From positions 41,850,001 to 41,914,000 of the forward strand of contig CM060734.1 of assembly GCA_030704615.1 (NCBI GenBank): a stretch of DNA of 64,000 nucleotides, given 5' to 3'. The number at the start of each line of letters is the position of its first letter. The stretch's first letter is position 1. Below the pieces are notes generated by a model. It saw only the letters and a program-made list of their open reading frames with translations. It had not been told where the DNA came from and searched no databases. Origin of the DNA: Takakia lepidozioides (lineage: Eukaryota; Plantae; Bryophyta). Made by a program: the position numbers and the translations under genes. This document shows positions 33,501 to 52,800 of the stretch, one piece after another.

Positions 33501-36500
33501 TGCTTTCCATGGTCCTACAGTTTTCTTTCTGTTTAGCTTGTCTCTCATGGAGATACGAAAGGTATTACTGACTTTTTGCCTTGGCCAGCGGCAAGCAACA
33601 TTCGAGGAGTACATGGTCTCCCTCTGACTTGGCTAGACAGCTACAGCAAGCTGAGTATGAGTACGATTTCTGTGGTTTTTTCGTTTTATTAAAGAGAGAA
33701 CAGAATTGAATCGCCAACACTACCACGGGTTAGTGATTGTGTTACAGTCTGTACTGAGTCAAACATAAAGCCAAAAAAAGTTGAAGCTTTTGAATGGCTC
33801 ACCGGAACAAACACGAGTGACTCAACCACATGGATGAAAATGAGACGGAAGGTGGGAAGACGATGGCGGGCATGGTGCTGCAGCTGCACTGTAAACCCCT
33901 CAACCCAAAACAAGGAGCTTTCTTCTTCCATCAGTGAGCTCAGTATTGTTGTCTTCATCCGATAACTAGAGATGCAAAATGGAATGAAATGATACTTTAG
34001 ATTGTAGCCTTGTGGCCATCAACCCCGTGCTCAGTTTGAGCGGAATGATACTTTAGAAACAGAAAGAAAGAAATAAGCTCTCTATCTTCCACAAAAAGGT
34101 CCCAGAAAGGGAAATGACATGGCTTTATAACGTCTGTGGGAAGCTCAAAGAGCTTAAGGATAAGAGCAAGAAAGAGAGAGGGGCCACAAGCAGCCCAAAA
34201 GCAAAGGGAGAAAGAAAGGAGGAGGAAAAAGGAAAGCGGAGAGAGAAGAAGACATAATCATAATCATAATCATAATCATAATAAACATGGGAGGCTGAGA
34301 ACTACAACGAAAAGAGCGCACTGGAAGAACCCAAACATCCGGGAGATACGGAGTGCCTTCTGCAGGCATACTGTTCAGAGCTAGGCCCCAGAAGTATCTC
34401 CAAACAGAGAGAAAAAAAAAAGAAAAAGGTATTGAGCTCCCGGAGGGCCAAGGGGACAAAGTGGAACCACAAAGTCGACCTCCTACTTTCCTTGTCTCTC
34501 CTACTTTATGCCTGAGATGACCACTAACTCTTGCAAGGGGCCATGAAAGCAAAGAAACCCTTACCAGTGAACTTCAGCATTCGTGCCTGGGTCTCTCTTA
34601 GGGTGAAGGAAACAGACATGGTGGTAGTGAAGAAGACAAAAAGAGACGTGATGAGCACTCCACATTTGAGGGCAATGTAATCTGCAACATGTACACAGAT
34701 CCAACTTGCCTGAAAGCCACTTTCTGAATAAGTAAACTAAGAAATATTGCATACAATCTGGTTGTGTTCTACTAGAGGAAAATTCAGGCACTCAACATTG
34801 CAAAGTACGCCCTGGATTCCCAGCATGTAAAACTTGCTGGTACAAATTGGCACACTGAAAAATGAAAGGGTTTGTTAAAAATGGCTATGGGAGGAGTATT
34901 CATAGAGACATAATCTAATTCATACCCACAATGTTGCCAGGGGTGGAGAGGATGGGGACGAGTGAGGGCAGACAAGCTAGAACAAAGCTCAATTGATGGA
35001 ATCAGAAGTGGCTCACAAACCTTTTATCCTATTCTGCGTGCCACTGAAGTACTGGAGATAGTTAAGATTGTAGAGTTCCTTGGTCTGGAAGTTGTACAGG
35101 TAACCTGCTTCAGTTACCACCAGGAGAACAACGGAATACAGTGAGAAGGTCTAGACCATTCATTTTTGAAGACGACAAACACAGAGTAAGCAGATGGCTT
35201 CCAAAGTCTCATCCTCCCTGATGGATTTCCTCTACTCACTACTCAATTTCAGGGAGTTTTGCAAGCAGCTAGTGTATTTCTCACCAGCACACTCTACCTG
35301 TGAAAGAGCTTCGGGAGTTCCCTACTGAGATTGTCACTTCACCAGGCAGGGTTCTACCCTGCAAGGTCAATTACAGCAAGACCACAATATCCATACATTT
35401 ATGCGCTCCAACTAAAAACAAAGTGTATAAGTTGTGCAGTCTCTAGCTCAGCATTCAGCTGCCTTCTTAGATGTGAGTATTCTTCGACACAGCTGAGGTG
35501 CTAGAGTTGTTCCCTCTGGAGAATAACTTTGTTCAGCCTAAGGATAAAGGCTAATTTTGAGGTAAGAGATGGTAATCAACCATAAATCAGAATTCCAGCC
35601 AGACATATTAGTTTTCTCTTAAATCACATTACCTTCCTCTCCAACAAAAGGACACGTCAAACTGTAGTCCCTAACTGAGAGCACTCAGGCAAATAACAGC
35701 ACCTTGTCCGCGGGAGTTGAGAAGACTGTTCATAAGAATAGTGTCATAGCCCACAAAGGTGTCAATAAGCAGCTGTTGCCACCTGTCAAAACAATCAGGT
35801 CACTTTGAGTATTCCTTGAGTGTTGAATATTCACCCTTTGAGTAGGAATACTATAAGCTCAATACAAACATAACAGAGTTCTTTAGAACTTAAGTTGGCC
35901 ATTCCATGCATAAAGAAGAAAGGAAAAGCAATGCCAGGTTAGAACAGAGATTGGCACCGATTGCCAAAGCAAATATTTTGGGCCGAAATGCTGATATTGA
36001 CCATGCGCACATTATGCCTAAGCTTGGCACCCTCTGACATCATAAAGTAGCCCTGCACAGGAAGAAATGAAACCTGTATAACTCTTCCAAATAGAAAAAC
36101 ATATCCATGCAAACATACAGGCACAAAGAAATAATGCATATACACCGTCACTTCGCATTCCTGTAGATACTTACAAAACATAAAGCATACATATAGAGTG
36201 TTCCACTGTCTTAATTCTGCAACAAATATGATCACACGGGTGTTTTAGACCTGCTAGATCCCTTTCCCATTTTGGCTACCAGAATATTCTTCTGAAAAAT
36301 GTGGGGATGGTCAATGTATTAGATATCATACTGGACCCGCCCTGCTTTCTTGTTGCTTACAGATCTTGCTACGGGTCTTCTTGTAGGTTTTCTTATGCTT
36401 CACCTAACTTGACGCAGAACCACCTAAATGTGACAAAAATGCTCTAACAACTAGCTATCTGTTGAAGCTCAGCACTGCTTTGGCATTTCCTGGTAGCTGC

Positions 36501-39162
36501 CTCCAGGCACGTGGGAATCTGCCCAGGTTTGACTAGCCCAGAGGTATAGAACAGTATGGAGATATCAAATGTACCTGTAAGTTAGAAACTCAAAGAACAG
36601 GTCTGACTAGAAAGCCCTCCCTCACCTTCTCAGTACTATACAGATACGTTGGGTCGTACATTTTACTCCGTCTCCCTTGTGTATCCACTGCGTACAGACA
36701 ACATCAGACCCTAAACAAAAACAACACGAAGGTCTTGAAGAGCATCACTGCAACAAGCTCATTGAGTACCACTGTCAAACATTCACCATCCCCAACCTTC
36801 ATACTTCTTGCAAAGTTTTTTTGTTTTTTCTGACAAGAATCCTAAAACTTCCAATCACTCAAAAAGGTGGCACAATCGTATGCTCAAACAAAAGCACCTT
36901 TTGACTAATCAAGAACCAAGAATGCAAGACCTAGAGGACTTTAATAATTGCATGCTTCACAAAAATAATCTGTCAGATTGTTCCTCTGAAATGATAATTA
37001 TAATGCCTTCAACACCCATACTATCATTCAAATAATGAAGTACCAAAAGACTTCATACCAAGAACTGAGTCAAGTTTGTTCAATGCCACAGTGCGGCGGT
37101 CACTGTTTGGCGTGGCTCTAAACAGTTCCCAACCTGCAATCCTCTGCTCATCACAGTTTACATATACGCGTCCCAGTCAGAATTATTCTGAACAGATTCA
37201 TCCACCAGACAATGGAAATGAAAAAGTAGAAAACTTCCATCGAATAGGACAGGAAGGCCCAGTTGTATCATGAGGCAGACTGGGCATGGTTATGTGAATA
37301 CTTGCCCAGGACGGGAAAACCAAACTGAAAAGATACAAAGTGCTTGAGTATAGCATGTCTAAGTTGGCAGTCAGACAACTTCTTTGACCAGCTTCGACTA
37401 CCACATCAGCTGCCCAGTCAGTACTACATGGGGTGTCGTTCGTGAGAGGGCTCCAAAAAATAAGCAATTTTGTATGCACTACCTATAACCTAACTATTTG
37501 AGTATTTGTTCGCAAGTCTAGAGAGGATCAAAGTGAACCAGCCTGGGGTCTAGCTTTCAACCAGAAAGACACATTTAACTCACCCAACCTTGCCAAAAGC
37601 TTCGAAGGGTTTGTTCTGCTCTCTTCAGACACCCTGATCCATAGCTACTCCACCTTGTCGAGTAATGCAGCAATGCTACCCCCAGAGGTCCTCTACCAGT
37701 CCCAGCCATTGGCCTGCTGCTTTGGACAGCAGGTCCAAACCCTTCTTCCACGCTAGTCTGCTGGTCAGACGATTTGTGGATCATCTGCTCGGTCCCAATT
37801 CCATCGGCAGTGTTTAGATTCTCATACCGTGGTTCAGTGTTCCCTGATGTTTTGCCCACTAGGTTATGCGGAATTGTGCCGATGAGATTTAACCAGAACT
37901 TCTTCCATCCCTCACCCAACACGTTTGGGACTTGGTATTTATCTGGGGTCACCAATTCTCCCACTTCAGATGCACTACTAGGATGTGGCTGCTTGGAGAT
38001 CTCATGCCTGCCCCTCTCGAAAGCCTCCTCTGTCATAAGGTTCCAGCTGCCTGTAATCTGGAGATATGACCTTAAACTGTCAGTGTTGAATTGGCAAACA
38101 CCTTAAAAACTTCAAATTTCCAAGCGAGTTGGTTTGTAAATCCAGGTATTTGTTACTGGAATTACAACTGGACCAAGTCGAGTTTCTGTGCATCATGTCT
38201 TTGGTGAAGACCATGGATCAGAAAGACTGCCAGTTACTTTGACAGTCATTGTTAGGTCCCCGCCAGCTGGGTTTGAGCCCCTCCTGCTGCTGCTGCTCCT
38301 CCTCCTCTACAGAAGGTGGGATGGCAAAGTTGGCAAAGTCATCTCCAACCACACAAGCTCAAACCCTACTAGGATACCTTCCATGATGTTAGGTCTCCAA
38401 AGATGAGGTGCTTACAGAGAACCAGAGCAACAAATACACACAAAGTCTAGGCAACCAGGAAAGGACAATGCGGATGTCAAGTTAGCCTGTCGTACCTTAA
38501 TCTGCACCAATTGAGCATCAGCTATGTTGGTAAATTCCTCTGCACATCCAGGCTGATAGGAACCAAAACGAAAAAGTGTGGGAAGATGCTAGAGTAAAGC
38601 CCAAGCCCACTAGACATCACCTCAGATCTTCTTATGAGAGTTGCCACTTCTGTGCAGAAAGCGGCTCAATACATTCTAGCCTTAAAAATTTTAGGGGCTC
38701 CTTTTTGTAGACATGATTCTCAAACATTTCCTGTAGTCTCTGGAAAGAAACCTGTTATGTTCGTTCCTGATAGAGCTTTGGTTGCTAATGAGGATTGGTA
38801 CAAAGAAACGGTTGTGGGCTCGTCTAGGACGCACAATTTTCAGGGGCGACAAATTCAAGTAGGTGAAGTTCCCTACATCAAGCAATAAAGAATTCGACAG
38901 ATCACTGGGATGTGGTGATAGCACGACTCAACTATGTGCTGTGAGTTAGCAAAGCTTGAATCGGTCTGCGATTTGAAGGGAAGGAAAGAGAAAAAACCTG
39001 AGCCACAAAGTTGTCGTGCATGACGGCGAGCAGGGTAAGCAGCATGAGAGCATTGCACAGACATGTATACTCAAGCGCAGTCCTGAATCGCGGCGTCAAC
39101 AAGCGAGCTAACACCCCCGACAATCGCGCGTGTACCCTCAGAAATGTCTGTTCTGGATCCAT
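30562..39162 (-). CDS. Membralin-like ER membrane protein (TMEM259 family)
   Basis: Starts MDPEQTF. Exons encode PGC, MYDPTYLYSTEK/GYF, CFGNR/WQQLLIDTFVGYDTILMNSL, KCGVLITSLFVFFTTTMSVSFTLRETQARMLKFT, HVVESLVFVP/IMIGILFFLFEFFDDQLLAF and FMQHLVLYFWNRFE/VPALQ; long low-complexity last exon 31389-30562. Confidence 0.93.
34002..34043 (-). mobile_element. 42-bp LINE family A 3'-end insertion with perfect 14-bp TSD
   Basis: ttgtagccttgtggccatcaaccccgtgctcagtttgagcgg flanked by AATGATACTTTAGA (33988-34001, 34044-34057). Confidence 0.8.
34111..34205 (-). mobile_element. Diverged LINE family B-related 3' end, followed by a (CATAAT)5 microsatellite at ~34253-34282
   Basis: gaaatgacatggctttataacgtctgtgggaagctcaaagagctta...cagcccaaaagcaa is shared with the 13926-14048 copy. 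Confidence 0.65.
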
Positions 39163-41853
39163 CTTCTTTCAAAACCTCCGCCTTTTGCAAGGAAAGTTAG
39201 TCCCAATCTCTCTACTTAACTCAATAACAATATCGCCATCCACCTCTATCCCTCCGGTTCAATGGCTGCAAGGCTGCTGTAATCGCAAGCATTGTCTTTT
39301 CTCCCTCTAGTAGAGTCTCATCTTGTCAACCATCGCCATCTCTCTGATTGCGCTCGCTCGCCTCCCTCCTCTCCCATTGTTCTTCAACCTTCCCCATCCG
39401 AGTGCTGCAAAGGTATCCCTTGTATCCTTCACTCTACGCCAAGCACCACCACATCCTTCCTCTCTTTTTGCGGCCGGGAAAACGCGCAACCATACGTGCT
39501 TAATTGCTTTATCGACAATCTTTGTCACTCGTTTTGGTCACGAGATTAGTCTCACTCTCTGCGTCTGTCTCTCTCAGAATTCATTCCTACTACCTCGCTC
39601 AATAGCAGAGCCTACAAGCCGTCTCACGACTCCTTCTCCTGATTCAGAATCCTGAGATTCTTATCCTGGAGACAAGAGTAGAAAAACCCACAATCATGAC
39701 GTGGAACCCATCCGCCACGCCCGCCTCAAGTTCTGCCGACAAGAGCTTTCTACCCGAAAGCACGCCTGGCAGAAGATGAAGGAGAGGAAGGGCATCACAG
39801 AACATACATACTTAGAATCACGTGGTGGATCCAATGCGGAGTGAGTGACGGTCCCTGCCTATCGGAACGATTTGCCAAGTCACCGCTGCATGATGGGTCA
39901 CAGACGACCCCGAACATGGAACCCAACATTTATCTCATGGTATCTATGTATCTATTTGTCAGATTCTGCACAGTTGGAAAGTCTACAGTGTGAGGATGAT
40001 GGTGACAATGTTTGGCACTGCTACCAAGATGATTGTATGGCAATCCTCTCTACCTTTAGAGGAAATCCCATGTAAGTACATGCATTCGTGATCAACAACA
40101 AAAATTTCATGGCCCACATCTTTATACATCAAGAATATATCTCCACCTTCTCTAACATTTTGCCTATGATACAGGCCACGAAGAGGGGGAATCAACTTGT
40201 GTTCAGTCTTGCTTCGACAACAACCTCGTATTGTAACAGCGACACTGCTGTCTGTTTCTCGTACGTATGCATTTCCTTGATCAGTGTTGCGAGTAAAGAG
40301 AAATAATGCTTTGAATGAAAGAGATCAAACCACCACATCAACATTATACCAGCTCCAAGATGGACATCCAGTCCTACATGAGTTCATTAGAGCTCCATCT
40401 GGATACTTGATATCTGATGAGTACCACACCTTTCACTCTTCCTTCAATACATCAGCAGTCTAGCAAACTGATACTGAGAAGTGCTTGCAAGTCGGAGTAT
40501 GAATATTCCACCAGACCAAGTAGCTTATTCTGTGAAACAAGAATTGGAATTCTTGCTAGGTAAGTCCTCGCCTTGATATGCTCAAACAACCATCCTTCTT
40601 TACTTGTCTAATGTCTACACTTGGAAATTGATAATGCCAACAGCAGAAAATTGGGCCTTCAGCCAAAACTTCATGTATCCAGAACTTCTAAACTGAAATA
40701 TCACCTGGTACTCTCTACATACTTCATGGACAGATATTGGATGAGTTTCAACAGCTGCTGGCTGGCTGTCGGCGCTGTTCATGACAAAGGAGAAATGGAC
40801 TCCTTTGACACACCTGTCATACCAGAGTAAAGAATGTCAATATCTCTGATGGCTCCCACTTCACTTTTCTGTTCTATGTAAACCTGGTATCTTGGTAGGA
40901 AAAACTATTGCAAGAGTGGGGGCACTGTATATCCTACAGAAGTCTACCCATGGAAGTGGACAGGCATTCTGGATTTCTCTGTTCAGTGCAGCAAACGAAA
41001 GAGGGAAGAGGCTTTTTGATACAGCAGCTGCCCCTGTATCCAGTAGGATAAAAGGGCAAGAGAGAGACGGGTCTACAAAGAGAGAACATACAATAGGAGC
41101 AATGCTCTCTAGATCCAAACCCACGTCAAGTTTCTGTAATGGGTAAATCCTCAACTTTCAGGCTCTGCACCATAAACTCCTACATCATGCTGAGATGAGA
41201 TAGAGATAAGTAGGTGGATGAAACACAAATGTGCCCTGATTAGAGCTTGTCTGAACATAGAAACAGAGCCTCTCCACTTGTTTTGATAGGGACGCCTCTT
41301 CAAGCTTTGGAGAGTCAAGTTTTAAACTTTCCATCTTGAATTTGATGAGGTCAAATTTTCCAGCAGGTATCGCAAGGAAAAAGAATCAACTTACACAGGC
41401 ATGTCATCGCGCAATCAAGCATGGTATCTGAGCTCAGTATCTTCGGTTCAACACGCTTTACAGTGCTTTAGGTTACTGCAAGCACCAATGCAGCACACAT
41501 TTCCCAAATCTTAGCAGCTGAAACAAATTGAAGGATCAATCACCAGCAAACTCGGGGTTTGTAGACGGTCCTGCAATCCATTCAAACCTGCACCATTGGA
41601 TCTCTCTCAAGAGATTTGATGGCAGAGAAAGCATTTATATAAGAGGGACAAGAGGGCCATAACCCAATTCCAGATTTGTCACTACTAGGCTAATGTGAAA
41701 AGTCTCAAGAAAAGAGCGGTTTATTCTTCGTGTAAGATGGATCTTACATTAGTGTATCACTGTAAGCTTCTGCTTCACCATGACATGTTTAGCATCCTGT
41801 CTACAAAAGGAAGGTATGTTAAAGCACTGTATATGGAGGTTAAGCACTACAGA

Positions 41854-41928
41854 ATGTACTCATAAGACGTTGTTTGCCATAGCCTTGTGGCCATAGACCC
41901 CGTGCCCAATTTGGGCGGAATTGGAGAG
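41854..41928 (-). mobile_element. LINE family A 3'-end insertion with 10-bp TSD
   Basis: atgtactcataagacgttgtttgccatagccttgtggccatagaccccgtgccc... flanked by GCACTACAGA (41844-41853, 41929-41938). Confidence 0.85.
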
Positions 41929-42410
41929 GCACTACAGAGAAGAACTGGAGGATATTGAATGAGGGAAACTCAGCTGAGGTAATCTGCATCGTGGCTGCAG
42001 CCTAACTTATGGCACTTGGTTCTAGAAACGTCCTACCACTGGCTCTCAGACAAACACCAAGATAACGTGGCTAATTTATGACTACCAACAGAACATTAGG
42101 GGTATCTCACTTCGCTGGAGCAGAAGTAAAACTCATGCTTTCTTTGATCCTTATCAAGTGGGCAAAAGGAGACTCCTTAGGCAGTCGGGTGAATAGTATC
42201 AAGGGGAGCAAAGCCTGATCCGATGGACAGGTTCCCACTACGGGGCAGCGCACACACCACTAGATGAAGATGGCAAGGCCCTCCCTCCCGCAAGGTTGTT
42301 AAGGAGAATGCAAGCTAGGCCATCTCCCCAGGTCCAGGCAACCATTCAACTGGCAGTTCAAATGGCATAGTAGTAGCACTGTTAAGCTGACAATGCCCAC
42401 CTTTCTGTGA

Positions 42411-47156
<4,746 letters not shown>

Positions 47157-49894
47157 GTGCTTCCAGAAGCAGAGAGGAAGTGCACCGGCGACCTGTGACA
47201 AAGGGGTCACTGATAGCAGCTAATAGAGGTCTAAAATCAGTTGAGTTTGAGGTGAAATGGCACGTCCAATGTTATAAAAGGAGGGTAGAATTCGAGGCCT
47301 GTAGGCTGGACAAGGAACACTCTATGTCCAATAAAGATTTGTGGTGTGGTCTTTCATATTCTAGGCCATGCTCAGCACTTGTATTACTAATTTGGGGGCA
47401 GTTGATCCTTTGCCGATCTGTCATGACGAGACCCTTCTCCCCTCAAATTAAATATGAACTAGCAATCGTTTTAAGGACTGCACACCTTCACTGGCAAATT
47501 ATCTGTGGGTGAAGTTCGGGGGTACCGTGCCAAGAATTTTGGTAGTCAAACAAAATTCAAAAGAAACGAAGGTTAGCCCTAGAAGTAAGTATGCCTCTCT
47601 CGCGTCCAGTCTAGCTACACCGATGTGAGCTGAACGGGAGACTCTACGTGGTAATGACTCGAACAATCTGAATGGAGCCTTCACAATTCAGAAAACGATC
47701 TGAGAATCGCCTAGACACTTCAGCCTTGACGATCTAAAATGTAGCTTTGACCCATCACCCAGCACTGAACAGCCAGCTGTACTTCCCCCAACTCACCTGC
47801 ATTCAATGGGTATCAAAACTCCCTGAGAATCACTCCACAGGATGAAAATAAGGAGAGTCGATTGACTGAGGAGCGGGAATTGATTCATGAACAGCGTATG
47901 TCAGGGTGACCGCTAAGAATCAGCACAAAATTAACTCACTCACAAAATTAACTCCATCCACTCACCCGGCCGAGTGGGTAATGGGTGTACTGGTATTCTC
48001 CTACCCAATTCCACAGCTTCAAATAACAAAAGAAGAGGAATCGTTAGAAACCGTAAGTGTCTTGGTGGGCAAATCGTGCGCACATCACCATGCCCACCTT
48101 CTTTTACTTGGTTCTACACCCCATGTAGCCCATGAAGTCGAGACCTAATACTTACAAGCGTCCAGAAGGATGCAGCAATCTACTTACTAGCAGTATGCAG
48201 AGGTAACTTACCGCTCCAACAACTGATCATTGCCCTACATCACAAAGAGGACGATCAAGTTGGGGTGTCACATCTCCGACTTACGACACCTAAAAGATCG
48301 AAGATACGCCCGCCCTCATCTGTACCCAAATTGTCTCGATGACAATCCAGCATCAATCTGAGCCTCAAAGAGAAAAAGAAAGTTGGGCGAGTGCACAGAC
48401 CCCAATCATACGCCAAGGCACAGAGTCAAGCAGCTAAGTTATGAGAGTGGTCCAACCACATTTGACCACGCTTCTGTAGCATGTCTCGTGGAAATTTCGA
48501 ATAGAGAAAGACAGAAGGCTTGGCCCTTGACTCGTTCACCGACTTTCAGCCTGTCTGCTGCGACTTTTTCAATGGCTTCTGTTCTGTTCCTGTCTAGGGC
48601 TGACATTTTGCAACTTGTTTCATACAAAGAACGGATGATCGCATACTTTACTAATAAGTATATCATTATCATATCCATGCAACTCCGCACTGTTCCGTGT
48701 GCAGCAAGATTCGGTAGCAGTGAAGTGCGGCATTCGAAGATCGACGAAGAATCTCAACTCTTGTCAGAAAGTGGGTCGCGTCCGAGGAGACCACCACCAA
48801 CACTTCCGTGCTCTCAAGTACCGATGCCAGATTCGTTCAAATTGCAACGCTGGATGCGCTCTGTTGGTTTTCTCTTGTGGAAAGGAAATAGGGAGTGATT
48901 TCCAAACTTGTGATTGTTGGGACATGTGAACTACCCTACAGCCTCTTGGGCATGCTTGCAGTTTCTCTTTTAAGAACTGGCCCTGGCTTCAGTGACTCAG
49001 TCCCAGTATATTCAAGCAGCCCTGCGCTCAGTCCAAATATGATTGAATGTCTTGCAAACCTCGGATTGTACTGTGAACTTCCTGGTTTTGAAGAGCAGTT
49101 ACATTCGTTTGCAGACTGAAGAGTAAGCTTCTTGCATATTCCTGATAGCACCAGGTGTTCAATGTAGAGCAAGAGATTGATGCTGTTGAAATGTAAGGAA
49201 AAAGCTGAAGTGACAGCTCAAAATGAGGGCGAACCCACCTCTGAAGTGAGGTGGAAAGAAAGACCTTTCCGAAAAACCAAGCTATATAATTAGGACAAGC
49301 ACCTGGCTAAGCAGAAACACATCTAGCACAGAGGCACGAGACAAAAGCTACTGATCTAATGTTATGAGGCAAGCATGCCTAGGCAGCCAGGTCCTCTGCA
49401 GCCAATGCAACCTATATGGGCTACAGAGGGAGCAGAATGGCCAGCTGGGCGTTGTGAACAGCAGGCGCAAGGGTACATTTGGCAGCATTCCATACATGAT
49501 CATGGCACATTCCCTGGAAAATCCTTGTAAGGTTTTAACATAGGGGAGTTAATAGGTTCCCAAGGTTGCCTGCCTCAAGACAGGAAAAGTGTGACAAGAG
49601 AACTGTCTATTACTTCAATATCCTACCATGAGCACAGTATTGGGTCGAGCCAAGGAAAAAGTAATCTTTGTTGTGAAATGAGGTAGATTCTATGCTGGTA
49701 GCAGAGTAAGTATCAAGGGAAGTTGCATGAAGAGCATCACACCAATCACACATACTGTCATGAGAAAGCTAAGACATTAAAATTTGCAAAAGAGTTACAG
49801 AGAAAAGGACAACGGAAAGAGCCTTCATCTGCACATGTCGATATAGTGCTGAGACTCCTGGAGTTACTCGACAATGGCGGTCGGTATTGCCCCT

Positions 49895-52800
49895 CTAGTT
49901 CAACAAACCTGCAAAGAACCCCCTGCGAAAGTAACAATCCTCGTTATGTGAATGCATGGTGGATGAATTTCACTCTTAAAAATAGGTATCACAAGCCTGG
50001 AGCAACCCTTCTGCAATAATAGCAGCCCAACTCTGCTCCCCTTCTGTTCCTTCCACCTCCCTGCCCTCTCTTTGTCACAGTGCCTCTGGATACAGTGGTC
50101 ACTCGGTCGATGGGTCACCTTCTGGCATAAGTGGCTCAGGTTGAAGTCGTTTGGACATGCAGATCCAATGGTTTCAAAGACAAGATTATGAAAACTTTCC
50201 AAGGACATGTCAATGACCCTCTACCTGGTCCCTGGTCCCTGGTGTTATTTGTGGTATAATCACAGCTACATATGACATCAGTCATAGGCAGAGAGAGCTC
50301 CATTGTGGAGTGTGACTGGCATTGTAACTACAGCTGTGCGCTTCACATCTCCACTAAGATCAAAAGCTACAGCAATTTTCAGTAAAAACATCAATACCCA
50401 ACCTCAAATTAATACTCATCTTTCCCTTGCTGATTTGAATATAGTGACTGGGAATGAGGAGTATGGCAAACTCAGGCCATGTTTCATACCTTTGCAGGAT
50501 TGCACCCAATAGCGGCTCCACAAGAGAACCTCTCTCTCCCTCATCCTTCACACAGCAGATTGAGCTTTCTAGAGGATATCAGGACAGCCCAAACTAATTG
50601 TTTATATCAAGGTTAAGTCACACTACTGGAGTGAGACCCCCCACAAAGGTAGTGTCTATTCCCTACGTTTCCGTCCAAACTGGGCGCGGGGTCTATGGCC
50701 ACAAGGCTACCGCAAACGTAGTTTTACGAGTACATTCTCCACCATCCCTGAATATTTGCTTCTTACTCTCTCTTCCCCTCAAATAATGAAGATATTGCTC
50801 CACTCAGTTCTGGAAAGATTGAAGTGAACCACTTACCATATGCCTGTTGGTGTGGCTTCCTTCTTCCTGCATTCATGAAGTCATCCACTTCAGTACTTGA
50901 CGAGAAATCTGTATCATATGCTTATAACTGCTCTGGAAAGGCTTGGTAAGCATATATACAAGCTTCCAACAAAGAGACCACTATCCAAGGTTCCGATTTA
51001 CAATATACATGAACAGTTGTGGAGAAGCACTGCAAGGTCCACCCAGCCAATGGGCAAAATTGCACACTTGTGATTTTCCCTGAGTGTAGGGGAAGCATCT
51101 CAAATGAGAATGTTGCAATCAGGATCTGTTACAGGTCCAGGAGGCAGCAATCAGGTACACTGCCTCCAGCTGTCTTTCCTCAGTAGCCAGCATAAGGATT
51201 ATCCTGGATAGACCTCCCCCGGCCCAAAAACATACGATGCAGTGAAGTTCAAACTCTAAAAGATTACCTAGGCAGTGCAGGTGACTGTAATACACCAATT
51301 TCTTGTAGCCTGACTTCTCAGTCTGTCAGGTGATTTGCAGGTCATCACAATGCAGAGAAATGTAACACTCACTTCAAACGGCCATAAAAGGCGTCACCAA
51401 TCTCAGAAGAGTTAGGCTCATGGTCAAATGAGCCTATTACAGTGTATTCTTCCCTCCCTGACCCCAGATCAAGACGCTTGTATACTTCGTAAGGTGCTGG
51501 ATAAGTCATCCTGCAAAACCACCACACCATGACGGAGCAGGCAATTAGCCTCTCTGAGTGCTTAGTGGTCTACCTGCATGAGGCACACTGTCTGTTTACT
51601 CTTTGGTTGGAATGGTCCTACTGTGCCCTCTTGGCCTCTGGTGACTAAATGAATTCGTTCACCTCCTCCAATTTGTTAAAAAAAGGTGGACTCCAGCCGA
51701 AGCAAGAGTAAATTATGATGTCACCACATCCCAAATGGCTACTGCATACCGTTTGGAAGGCGCACACCTTCTGCCATCCATAACCGGCCTCCCCAAGGAT
51801 TTGAAAGTCCCCAGTTACGCACACATTAGGTGGCCGGTTGACCCAGCAAGCCCACTCTTATAGCTGGGTTGGCTATAACGGGTGACATCCAACATATACC
51901 CACGACCGCTTGTAAAGGCAAGCTCGTGCCCTAACCACTGCAGATAGGATATTTGTAAGTGTAAGAGAAGTTGGCAAATTCAAGTAACTTTTGAGGTAAA
52001 ACCCTCCAGGACTATGGCTACAGGGCTGGAGTATCTGTGTACTAAAAGCATGTGCATAACATTTATACTCCACTTCCAGAAAAACCATGCTCAGTATGAG
52101 TAACCTCCCTTCTTTCCTTTCTCCCTCTTTCCCCCTCATGGTCCTTCTTAATAGAGCCCGCAACCAATGGCAAGCAATCATTAATACGTATACTTTTAAC
52201 CACCTCTCTATCTCGCAGCAGATCGTAAACCATGAGGGACATATTCAAACCTCAAAGCACCCAAGATGGGATACATTGTGCCCGACATGTACAGAAGTCG
52301 GAAGTTGTAACATGTAAAGAAGGAGCCTGCAAACTCCATCCTCTTGTCCCTCCCCATGATCTGAAATAGAAAATGCATCACTTGTAACAGACAGTTTCCT
52401 AGATGTAAGATCTGGAAAGTGGAACAGTAACAAAAGCAAACTACCATCTTGGATGACTGACATGCAGCAGAAGTTATCAGTCTTTCTGGAACCTTGTCAG
52501 CACCGGCCTAGTTCAGCTTCTTGAGATAGTTCGACCTCCAAGACCAAGCGGAGTGCATAGGCATGGAGGGTACCTTTTGTCACATCCAGAACATCCTTCC
52601 AGTTGAAAATGGAGGCCTTCCAACTATATTAGGGTAACATATAGGATTTTGAATCCGCTCGTAGTATGAAAAGACAATCGCCTGCCTATAGTTCTCAATA
52701 ATACCCATGGAAACTGTCTCCCCTAAGATAATATATACTGCATGAATGCAAAAAGGGGAAAATATGAAGGGCACTGACTTGCATTACTCCCCCTGCGCCT

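Noticed and set aside
48383-48898. 171-aa + strand ORF and overlapping minus ORFs between GRIK and adenylate kinase
   Set aside because: Non-ATG start, no recognisable motif; region is better explained as GRIK promoter/5' leader, which has minus-strand donor sites at ~47796 and ~48211.
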